Of a DNA stretch of 64,000 bases, positions 1-10,546 are shown one piece after another. The stretch is taken from the NCBI RefSeq assembly GCF_964204645.1, contig NC_134029.1:9636850-9700849 (forward strand), written 5' to 3'. The stretch is from Tubulanus polymorphus (lineage: Eukaryota; Animalia; Nemertea). The notes below the pieces were generated by a model. It did no database searches, had not been told where the DNA came from, and saw only the letters and a program-made list of their open reading frames with translations. Each line of letters opens with the position of its first letter. Positions within the stretch are counted from its first letter, which is position 1. A program made the position numbers and the translations under genes.

Positions 1-1102
1 GCACCAATGTGAAAGTATGCCCGGACCAAAAATGCTTAGGCGTGATTGCAGCCATGGTCTAAGTGTCTTTGAATTTTTGGAGGTTGGGGTTCAAGTGGGA
101 GTAGAAAAAACTTAATTACCAGAGAAGCCACTTTAAACGTTTCAACGTAGGGATGCACTTAAATGAACTGAGTAAAGCGATGTGATGAGAATTCTACCAT
201 GTTTTGATCTAAAGATTTTTTCATCGTTTATACTGGGAGAAAATAAATCTAAGGGGCAACATTAATTGGAAGTGCAGGATCTGCCACAATGAGCCAAAAA
301 ATCCTATCAATTCCATGATAAAATCGATGCCACAAATCAAAATTCGTATCAAAAGGAACAAACAAAAAGATTTTGTACTAAGAATCTTCAAACGTGTCCG
401 CCATAGTGATGAGCAGTTGAATTGAAAATATTGTATATACCGGCAAATCAATTCTAATCATAATAGATTTACTCATTTATTTCATATTGTGGACATCACA
501 ATTTCATAATTTCACAAGCAAGCCATTTTGAAGAGTAAGCAATGCATTAGCATCTAGGCCTATTTCTAATCCAAACAGTCCCCCATAATATTGATAATAA
601 CATGCCCTCCCCATTTCTGGAATATACTTTCTGGAATATTCTTCACCAAACATTGAAAACACGAAAATATGACATCACGCACAAGAAAGCTGGAAACCTA
701 GCAAGGCCATAAAGTCTTAATGAATATTTGATTTCACAGTTAAACTATTTAATCGAGAAATGGGTTCAGATACATGTCAACACTGACCATACATTATCGA
801 GATCACAATGATTAGAACAAAATCATGAGTGGCGAGGAATCAGTGATATTGTTGTGAAGCAGCGAACTTTGCCTTCTTCCTTCAATAAGTCAGAATATCA
901 GCCATCGTCGCTCTCTGACTGATCATATATAATACATTAATCGGGCCTCATAAAACAGTAATTACTTGTTTACAAACAATACACTGACTTAGACCTACGG
1001 GCAATTATCTGATAATTGCACGTAGCTTAGACATACTAAGCTATGTACAAGTGATGGGAGTTGTTGCATCAAATCTTTTATGAACAGAGAGTGTAAGGCC
1101 TG

Positions 1103-1231
1103 GGCACAGTTTCACGAAAAAGTTTAAGCCTAAAACAGTTAAGTTTAAATTGTTGTCCTCATTGAAGATATGAAGTTACCAATGGCAATTACACCAAAAA
1201 TTTGAGTTTAACTTTTCTGTGAAACTGGGCC
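1103..1231. mobile_element. Short Harbinger-like MITE
   Basis: GGCACAGTTTCACGAAAAAG...CTTTTCTGTGAAACTGGGCC flanked by a CTG TSD. Confidence 0.6.
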
Positions 1232-1311
1232 CTGATACCAGGATCTTACGACACTTTCGTCAAATCATGGGAGGAGCTATGATATCTTCGCTTAGGGTCA
1301 CATTGTAACAA

Positions 1312-1642
1312 CAGGGTCCCTCAGTCATTCCAGAATTCAAGGGTTTTTTAATGAGTTTTTAAAGAGAAAATTTCAAATCTCGAGGAGTGTATGCCTAACT
1401 TTCATATTCCAATTACTATTGACTCCTCCTAAATCGGTACTGTAATCTCAGTAAAACCAATTAATTCGGAATCTATGTGCATAATACCTAAAACCTAAAC
1501 ATTTTCTAATTGCCAATTTCTCAAAATTCAAGTTTTCAAGGACTTTTGGGCATTTTGCTCAAATTCAAGGATAATCAAGGACCTTGAAAAACATTTTTGG
1601 GTTAGAAGGAGTTTTCAAGGAATCAAGGAGTCATAGGGACCC
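1312..1642. mobile_element. MITE with CAGGGTCCCT termini and internal TTCAAGGA repeats
   Basis: CAGGGTCCCT..ATTCC / GGAGTCATAGGGACCC; degenerate. Confidence 0.45.
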
Positions 1643-3876
1643 GAAGAAAAGATTATTTCAGACCAAAAACTGTATTGATAAAGTTTTTAACAGTGACTGT
1701 TTTGAAATTTTGTCAGCTGCAACTATTAGTTACAGCTTCTGTTTCGGTTTCCATTAAGTTTGAAAAAACATAAGCCATCATTTGCAATAATCTAATTTTA
1801 TCATTAAAAGGCTCATTCTGAATAGTTGCCGTGTGAGTGGACTTTTTCTTCCACAGCTAAGCAAACAGGATTCGGATTCTCATGATTCAAGTTGAGCCAC
1901 GTACAACAAAAGCACATTTTTGGAAGTGATAAGGGCGCCCCCTGTCATGAGCTAAATCTTCGCTATTGATTGTGGTTACAAATTATGCGTACCAATATGA
2001 ACGGAAATATGCAATACGCTCTATATGTTGTAGATCTTTTTCCAAAGCAACCCATCTCCAATTTGAATGTAAAAGGCCTATGTCAACTAAAGAAAAATTA
2101 GTGGCACGAAAAAGGATTCACCACAAAATGGCCACTAGATGGCCATCTTGTTACCGATCAATGAAATTTTTCTTGTGACGATGATAGGTCCTAGGTCAAG
2201 GAGAATAGATAAAAAACACCAATCGTCTAGACAATTGACAAAGGCGGCTTTGAGCAGAATTTCCCATGAAAACATCAAAAATATGCAAAAGTGCCAAATT
2301 TGCAAAAAAAAATACAATGGCAGCCATAAGTTGATTCTGATTGCGCAAATTTTTTTATGTCAATATATCTAGGGTAGATACTATTAGCCTAACCAAATAT
2401 CGTCCATCGAAGCATCTTCAAAACTTCCATGAATAATTTGATTCCATCTTGGTTTGGACGAACAGAGATACGATGTATGGAAATGGATGCAATATCTTCG
2501 CCCTGTAAAGGTTAAGTAAAAAGTACAGAAATTGCATATTTTTCCAAATTCTGGCTAAATTTCCTAGCTTGTCAGCCTTCCTTCAACTGTTGTAGAATAG
2601 AGTAATGTTAGGGAGGGGCGAACCTTTCAATTTCACTTAACTCTCGTTAGATCGTACTAATCTTTTGATTGTGGGCCTACCCAATTTGTATATCTGGTTC
2701 TATTGGCGGTAAGTTTCATTCAAAGATAGCTGATAGCTTTTTCTTTTTTTAGATTTCACCAAAAATCTAAAAAAGGCACAAGCAAATTGAATGTGAAGGC
2801 ACATTTAGTGGCATCGCATGATACCAATAAATGGCACTAAAACTCAAATTCGCTCGCTGGCCATTAATACTGGCCCTTTTCAAAGTTGGTGTCCTTTTTT
2901 CACGGTGCTGTAGTCACTGAATGACCCTGGATCCGTGCCTGCATAGAAAATTCATATCATAACATTCGATCAGAATTTCGATAGCAGCGCAAAATTAACT
3001 CAGGTGACAAAAATCCCTCCCTTCTGTTGCACAGCTTATATTATTCTCTTTGCATGGCAATTTGTGTCATGGGGATCAGGCTACTGCTAGCCAGATACAT
3101 TTACCTTGCGCTTTACATCTGTTGCATACATTTCTTCCCCGAGTTGTCATGGTAACAATGTGGAGTGTAACAATTATAACAAAAGACGGTCAATTATCAT
3201 GGAGGCAAACTGATTAATAGTAAAAGTGAAAGCATCACAGTCTGATATTTAACTTCAAGTGTCACACGATGCATATTAATTGTAGTAGATGTATCATACA
3301 TAGAAAATACATAGTAAACATCGATAATTGGTCCAATAATCAATTTCGCTATTCCATATATTTCACCATTAAACGACTTCACTATATTCACATGCAAACA
3401 GTTTAGACTCGGCTCAAGTGAAATCTAACCAACTCCAACTCGACTGATAGCGCTCGAAATGTTCTCCTGACACTTTAAAAATACCATAGGGGGCCTATGT
3501 ACCTGCAAACTCGGACATCACTGGAATTGGACAAATTTCCATAGGCTCGAGTAAAGGCTACACTGTTAGTCATAGTCAAACCAAAAAGTATAACCAAAAT
3601 AAGTCAGGTAATTCCAAGTCCCTCTGGTCGGTTTCATTTCTCATTGCTAGGATAACATTAAAACAACAAATTAAAATTACATCACCAATTTATGAATTTC
3701 TTTAAATCAATAGGTCTACTCAAATATAGCAGGCCTTCATCGATAAGATGAAGCGGGGGATCAAACCCCATGAAAACCCACCAAAATATAGGCCTGAACG
3801 CTGCAATAAAATCAAATCTAAATGATCCCGCGATAAAAACAATTTACGGCGTATCAATTCTAAAACCTAGGCCTAC

Positions 3877-4146
3877 CTGTTTTTCATTATCCTTTCCTTT
3901 GACAGAAGAGGGCGTGATGAGTCTTTCGCAGTAACAACCTTCGAGCAGCGCCACACCGGACGGTCGAGGATTGTTATCATTCTCGTAGTAAAACAGCAAA
4001 TTCTGATACAGTGCGAACCATCGCAGTTGCCATTTGCCCGTATCCGAACTTTTCTTATACAAATATCCACTGAGCGTGTTTTCCTGGCGCGCTTTCGTCG
4101 CTAGGTGCAGAATTTGGTTCTCGTTGAATCGCACGGCTTTCTGCAT
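3877..4146 (-). CDS. RASGRF: Ras-GRF (RASGRF1/2 orthologue), first coding exon, N-terminal PH domain; remainder not seen in the window
   Basis: MQKAVRFNENQILHL...GYLYKKSSDTGKWQLRWFALYQNLLFYYE...RPSGVALLEGCYCER...EKQ closely matches the vertebrate RasGRF1 N-terminus (MQKAIRLN...GYLSKRSSDNTKWQTKWFALLQNLLFYFE...RPSGLYLLEGCVCDR...EKQ). 90 codons ending at a phase-0 donor CAG|GTAGGC. Confidence 0.95.
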
Positions 4147-7100
4147 TTTGTTGTTTTTTTTATCAATCGCGGTCGAGTCGCATAACAGGTAAATCTTATA
4201 ATGATACCCACGGTTTATCTTCGACGATCGGAAACCCGAACAAAATCATCCACAATATGAAAAACGAATTCGAGACAAAACTGATACCGATACCAGCGCG
4301 CGAACTATCAATCACAGGAAATTGCAAGCTCCTGTTTTAATTTCTCCATTTGCCTCGGACTATATAAGTACAGTAGCGAAGTCGCATTTCAACGTCTAAA
4401 CGGCAACGTGGTGCGTGCACGGCTTTGGAGTTGACGATGTAGTAGTCAAAAATTCAATCGATACCAGGTAGGCCTACGCTGAATTCGCTAACAATCCCCA
4501 GTTTCAAACGCGATATATCAATGAGATCATGCTACACAGTGCTGCAATAATATAACCGCATCTATACCTAACTCGGGTACCGGCTAATAAACAATTAGGT
4601 AAATTCCACCATCTATAATATATATATTACTAATGAGAAAGTGACGATCACCGCAAAATATTTTTCCCGTAAACGATATTTACAGTACCAACAATGTATG
4701 CATCATTCATCATCAAAAACACAACAACAGCCGAATACAACAGTACATTCTTCATCTCTCCCCACAAATGTCGCTGCTTCACCACACACAACACTCTATG
4801 TAATAATATAATATATCCACGCGGCGATTGAATTAAATTATATCATTATTTATAATTTGTACCACCTCACCAGCAGCAGCACGAGTACTTTTTCTAATAT
4901 CATCATCAAATACCGAAAGAAGGTAGAAATACTCAACTAGAATTGCTGGCGCGTCTCTCTCTATCTAGAAGCAGGCTTACATAGGTACAACATCATCATC
5001 ATCATCATCACCTGTGTCGTTATGTTCAAAGCACACCACAAACTGCTGCATAATGTCAACACTCCAACAACAGCTAACATATGCAGCACTACCCTAGCTA
5101 ATAATAACGACGACACGCCACCACGGCAGCGGCACCCGAGATAGGCAGCGCGCGCTGCGGCTGCTGGCAATCCATATAAACTGGTTATCGGAATAGTTAA
5201 ACCAGTAGCGTCGTGAATCCCACTGCGGTTCGATAGTTAATATCATCTATGGTCTACTTCCCTATTCCTAGCATCTACATCGTAGATTCTAAAGAAGTAT
5301 TGCTGTTAGAGAACCGAGTTCGTCGACAGCAGCTTTTATATAGTCCTCCGTCGTGTTTTCATCCTAAAAATCTTGGTTTTTTACATTTCAGACTTCCCTG
5401 TTTATTTTCTATCTAATCCACAGGAGACCTGACACAGAACGTTTTTGAACCCAAAATTTTAAAAAAGAATGCAGATGCATTTCAGAACTTGATGTCAGAG
5501 TCCCATTTCAGAAAAGAGATCAATGGGGGGCGTCCTTAGGGCGATCAAACCCCCGGGGATCAAACCTTCATTTAGATAGAGCTGATAGAATATGCCCCAC
5601 TTCAGGGCCGTACCAGGGCTGTACCGTGTAGCAGCACGTTGTTCTCTGTCCTAGGTGGTTGGCTCACGACTTCTCTTGCTTCTGTGAATGAGACCGTGAA
5701 ATGGTCCCAAAACGCATCTCCGGCGATTGAATTTTCAAAATTTTTCTAGCGGAGGACCCCCAGACCACCCTTCAGAAATAAGCCTCGCCACTGAAAAATT
5801 CCTTCCGACGGCTCTGCACTTGTAATATTCTGAAAAACCCTACGGTCCAATTAGCTAAATTCATTAAGACCGGCTTAGATGTATATAGATCCCTCCATTA
5901 GTATATATAGTATTGTAAATAGTTGATGTATTTTATTACGTTTTCATTCTCTAAATTTCAATCACTTCAGTGTTGTTTTGTAAATATTTGTACCGTATAT
6001 ACATGTGTAATAGTTTTCCTCCATATTCCATGGAAATGGTTGGAGTGTAAATAAAATCGTAATCATAATCGTTCGTAATCGTAGTAGTCAAAAATTCAAT
6101 CGATAGTTCAGTAGTTCGAACGAATCCCCTTTTTGAATTTTCAAACGTCGATGAACGTCGGCACGTGGTCTGCATTTGCTGATTTAGCAAAATAAAATCT
6201 GGGAGACCTATCGGCCTCAGTTTGCATCAATCTTCGCATTCATACTAGCACCCATAGAAATAATGAGTAGAGCGCATAAATGATCCTAATAAATACAACT
6301 ACTACTAAATCCTACGTCAGAGTCATGTATTTCATAAGAAAAAAAATATTTCAAGGCACAATGTGATGAATAGGTTGGACCAGATGTTTTTACTGACATT
6401 TTTAGGAGGGAGCACACGTGCCTCGGTGCTGACGCCATTGATAATGTCCGTGAATGAGAAATCCAACTTCAGCAAAGATGTACATATGTAAAGTTTTAGT
6501 TGAATTGTTACACAATAGGGCAATTTCCAGTTTACCAGGCGCGCATAGTTGGACAGATTTTAACATGCTCCAGTAGACCAATAGAAACATCCCATTGGTC
6601 ATTGACATAACCGGCGGATCAAGACCATCGTTGATGGTGACAAACCATAAGAAAGCATAATTCACGACAATCGAGCGGTGTGGGAAATTTTGAAAATGAA
6701 CTGCTATTTGTGCAATTTCCAAGCAATAACGAAGTCCTTATGCAAAGTGCTTTCTAGACACTGTTTTCAGGTAATAAAGATGAAACCCTGAAGAATGGTA
6801 CGCCTTTTTGTTGAAAATTAACTGCCTTGTCTTGTAAAAATACGTGCTCTGTTCTACTCTTGGGATTGGATAGGGACGACTAAATGTGCCTTTCTTACTT
6901 AGGGGATGTCGAAAAAAAGATGAAATCACGAAACTTTCGCTACGGTAGCACGCGCCTATAACGGTCTGTACCCGCGCTTGGAATACAGCTCGACGTACCG
7001 GCCGATACCCGATTGCGTAACACCAGTATTTTGACTCCCAACTTAAACTCCGAAATCATTCAATGAGAAATCTGAAATGACACCCAAGAAATAAAGTCCC

Positions 7101-7549
7101 CATTCTACAGTTCTGCGTTGAGATTTGACTTTTGAACTCGCTGAAAATGAAATAATCTTAACTCTTAGTTCAATATCTCACAACTGTCGAGGATCCATGT
7201 GTATAATCCCAATTTGTTTTGTTGCCTGTTATAGAGATGATAATTGATAAAAGAACTGATCTTAAATTTGTGAAAAGTCAATTTTGAGAAAGAAATTCAG
7301 AATTTAGATGCAATTTTCGATGCGTGAAAAACCTGGATGGAGACAACGGCATTTTTGGTGTGATATTTTTTCAAGATGCAATATAATGAAAATTGTTTTG
7401 ATTCAAGTACCCCCTAGTTTGCCTCTTAACTACTGATCTTAATTTACAATTTATATTTATATTTACTATTGTTTCATAAAATTACCCCTTGGTTTGCTTC
7501 TCTTTAATCTTCTTTAGCGTGTTACTGTTTCTACGTAAACTTTCCTTTA

Positions 7550-8711
7550 AGTAATTGGAATATGGCGTTTTCAGATCAGAGGGTGAGAGGGCGTCAAATC
7601 ACTCATCACCACTAGTAATTTTTTTCCTAATAAATGGGAGACAGTCAGTTCCAAACAGAAAAAAAGTGATATTAATGGAAATCAATATTATTGTCCATAT
7701 TGTAAAAAATACATTGATAAATCACATAAATCTCGACATGAAAAAACTGCAAATCATTAAAAAAATGTTATAGATTTTGAAACTCCAGAAAATTCTAATG
7801 AAAGAAAAGAACGATTAAATGATATGAAGAAAGATGAAATTAAATGTGATGTTTGTAATGAATTTATAAGTAAAGGAATTATGATAGACATCTTGAATCA
7901 AAAAGAAATCAACAAAATTTAAATAAAGATATTTTAGGAACATAATATTTTGATGATAAATCTCAACAAGTAAAAAATAAAAAAAACAGCTTCAAAAACT
8001 AAATCTATTTCAAATAAACCTTATATGGAAAATGTTAGAAATTATATCGATTCACTAGAAATAAAAGATACAATTGAAATTTTAGAAACATTACGTAGTA
8101 AGATTGGTCCTGCATCTATTATATTTAGATTTAGATTTTTAGATTATAGCAAATATATTGAAATAATGGAAAAAATAATGAACTTTGTTACAGATGTTGA
8201 ATATCCAAAAATTAGTATTTCTGGAAAAGTAAGTTTTATAAAATCAGAAGTAAAAATGGAGTATAATATTCAAACACATTCTGAAGAAATAATTTCAAAA
8301 ACACAAATAAAAGAGAAATTGATGAATTTAAACGTCATATTCAAGAAAGATATTTTGAGGGTTCTGGCTTATCATTGAATAAAATTATATTTTCAGATTT
8401 AAATGTTTATAACACAAAAAGGAATGAAGCATCAAAAAGTAATACAACGTTTAAAAATGATTCAAAATTTTCAACGGAAAAGGATATTAAGGCATCATCT
8501 TATATCAAATTACCATTTACAACAAAAGCAGTAATAAATGTTAAAATGAAGATAATAAATGTTTTCTATGGTCAATTATTAGTAGTTTACATCCAACTCA
8601 GGAAAATGTTTGTAGAATAACAGATTATCGGATATCAAAAAATTACTAGCGGTGATGAGTGATTTGACGCCCTCTCACCCTCTGATCTGAAAACGCCATA
8701 TTCCAATTACT
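7550..8711 (+). mobile_element. Non-autonomous mini-Polinton/Maverick (adintovirus-like) with a decayed zinc-finger/pPolB N-terminal fragment
   Basis: 75-bp TIRs (7550-7624 / 8637-8711, 1 mismatch) with AGT...ACT termini and a 6-bp TSD CCTTTA (7544-7549 / 8712-8717). Frameshifted internal motifs: CPYCKKYIDKSHKSRHEKTANH, CDVCNEFISKG-NYDRHLES, FEGSGLSLNKIIFSDLNV, SSYIKLP..KAVINVK-NEDNKCFLWSIISSLHP..VCRITDY. Confidence 0.8.
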
Positions 8712-9995
8712 CCTTTAGTTTGTATCATCTCTGATAACTTGAATTAGTCTCTTTGTCTTTGGATTGTATATACATCTCATAATTTCTGTAGTATTCATTA
8801 TTCCTGAAGATGACTATTAGGATATAGTCAAAACGTTGAATAAACTACTAAGCTCAAAGTAACATTTTCGGACTTTGTCGTTAACATTGTGGGCTTCTCT
8901 CTTCATCACTTCAATACGGATATAGTGTTCTATCAATCGTGATCATGCTACCCACGGATCGAAGTATCGTATTAAGATTCTTCTTCTTAACGTTCCCGTA
9001 CCTCGTCGCTAGCTTCCGAAATTATGAGAAATGTTATGTTAAATCCAGGACTGCCAAAAGTAAAGTCAAGTTCCTTCAGGAGTGTTATGCTGAAAAAGTG
9101 GTTCCGCGATCACTTGCTTGGATTTGGATATACGATTCCAGCTCCTGCGTTTCCACCCGAAGCTGACAAACAACTCAAATTCGCTAATAGATCGTGCTAA
9201 GGAAGACTGTAACTATCAGTTCTACAAATTCCGTCAACCTCAAAATTATTTGAAGTCACACGTACCGGAGCTATCTGGAAATCACTTTCCACTATTGTCC
9301 AAGGCTCTGGAAAATACCATCAGCACAGGAAGTGCGTGGATCTCAACAACCAACTTACTAAACTCATTGATACCAGCCCTTGGACTAGTTTTAGCAACAC
9401 CGACAACATGGACAATTTGTCCTCAACCACGTTATCTACTACTCAGTGTCAAGTTCTCGGCTACGGTTTGAATGTTTCTCTTCCAAGAGAAACACGTTTT
9501 AGAATTTGTCACCCAATTGAAATTTCGTAAATCATCTCCGTACAGTTTGGACAACTGTAATGATGGATTCATGAATCTACAGGCTATTTGCGATCAACTC
9601 AACCGAAACATCTTCCAATATCTACCTCGTCGATTTCGTCTCGCCCTCCAATAACTGCGAAAGTTAAAAACTATCAAAATATCTAAGGCTGAAAGGTCGC
9701 AAAATTGTGATTTTAGATCTCGACGATTATAATGTTAAAATGCAATCTCTGTTGGACAATCCTGGTGTTTATAAGAAACTTAAATCAAATCCTCTTCCTC
9801 GCATGCAAGCTATAATTTCAATAGAAGTCTTTCGGATATAAGCTTAATTAAACGCTTCCCCTACGATAAAGAAACCTTGAATAAGTTCCACTCACGCCGT
9901 CTTCCCTCTTTACCCTATATTTATGGAGTGCCTAAAATCCATTAAGATAATGTTCCACCAGGCCATAGTCTCCAAATGTAATTCTCCTACATACC
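8712..9995 (+). mobile_element. Penelope-like retroelement (PLE), decayed and 3'-truncated; pseudo-LTR probably extends to ~7400-7549 on the other side of the Polinton
   Basis: Frameshifted PLE ORF motifs NLSSTTLSTTQCQVLGYGLNVSLP, ISKA-KGRKIVILDLDDYNVKMQSLLDNPGVYKKLKSNP, LPYIYGVPKIH*DNVPP-PIVSKCNSPTY; hammerhead motif upstream; ends at a GA microsatellite. Confidence 0.85.
8798..8843 (+). ncRNA. Minimal type I hammerhead ribozyme (PLE-type), core GAAA changed to AAAA
   Basis: TTATTC-CTGAAGA-T-GACTAT(taggat)ATAGTC-AAAAC-GTT-GAATAA: stem I TTATTC/GAATAA, stem II GACTAT/ATAGTC, palindromic AACGTT stem III. Confidence 0.75.
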
Positions 9996-10099
9996 GGGGA
10001 GAGAGGGAGAGAGGGAGAGAGGGAGAGAGGGAGAGAGGGAGAGAGGGAGAGAGGGAGAGGGAGAGGGAGAGGGAGAGGGAGAGGGAGAGGGAGAGGGAG
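9996..10099. repeat. (GA/GGGAGA)n polypurine microsatellite
   Basis: Seen directly; explains the ERER/PLPL ORFs. Confidence 0.97.
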
Positions 10100-10447
10100 A
10101 ATATGCGAGAGTCTCCGCAAATCGTATGGCACGATCTGCTGACAATCTCGTGACAATCTCCATGTTATGTTGTTCACTTCAGTAAGCTTTCTTGGAAATG
10201 CTTTAAGATGAAATCTTAAGTTTTTATGAGGGAGGACCCCAGACAGCCCCACCATCTGCTTCGTGACTAAACGCTCGCTAGGCATGGATACTGGCCCATG
10301 GATTGAACTGAAAAAACAAGTAGCCTACCTCAGGATTCGAACCCAAAAAATCATGAGGAATTTGCGGTTAAGGCAACACTCCCGCCATTGCGACATGCGC
10401 GTTTGGGGAGCCTATACCATATTGGTCCGTTCGATTTAATATCAACA

Positions 10448-10546
10448 ATGTCTTCATCTCAAATATTTGTTGATGAGAACGGTGATGCATTGACATTTTA
10501 TATACGCCCTTCTAAAGAAAAGAGAAGAATTCGATCTTTAATCGTG
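10448..10546 (+). CDS. TERF2IP: RAP1 exon 1 (BRCT start)
   Basis: MSSSQIFVDENGDALTFYIRPSKEKRRIRSLIV|gtaaat; human STLFVRDDGSSMSFYVRPSPAKRRLSTLI. Confidence 0.92.

Noticed and set aside
3844-3876. C-terminal VGLGFRIDTP of the RasGRF ORF
   Set aside because: Intron read-through past the donor at 3876.
8025-8620. Two standalone AT-rich genes (117 aa and 81 aa)
   Set aside because: They are consecutive frameshifted pieces of one decayed ORF inside the mini-Polinton.
9923-10285. ERER/PLPL low-complexity ORFs
   Set aside because: Translations of the GA microsatellite.
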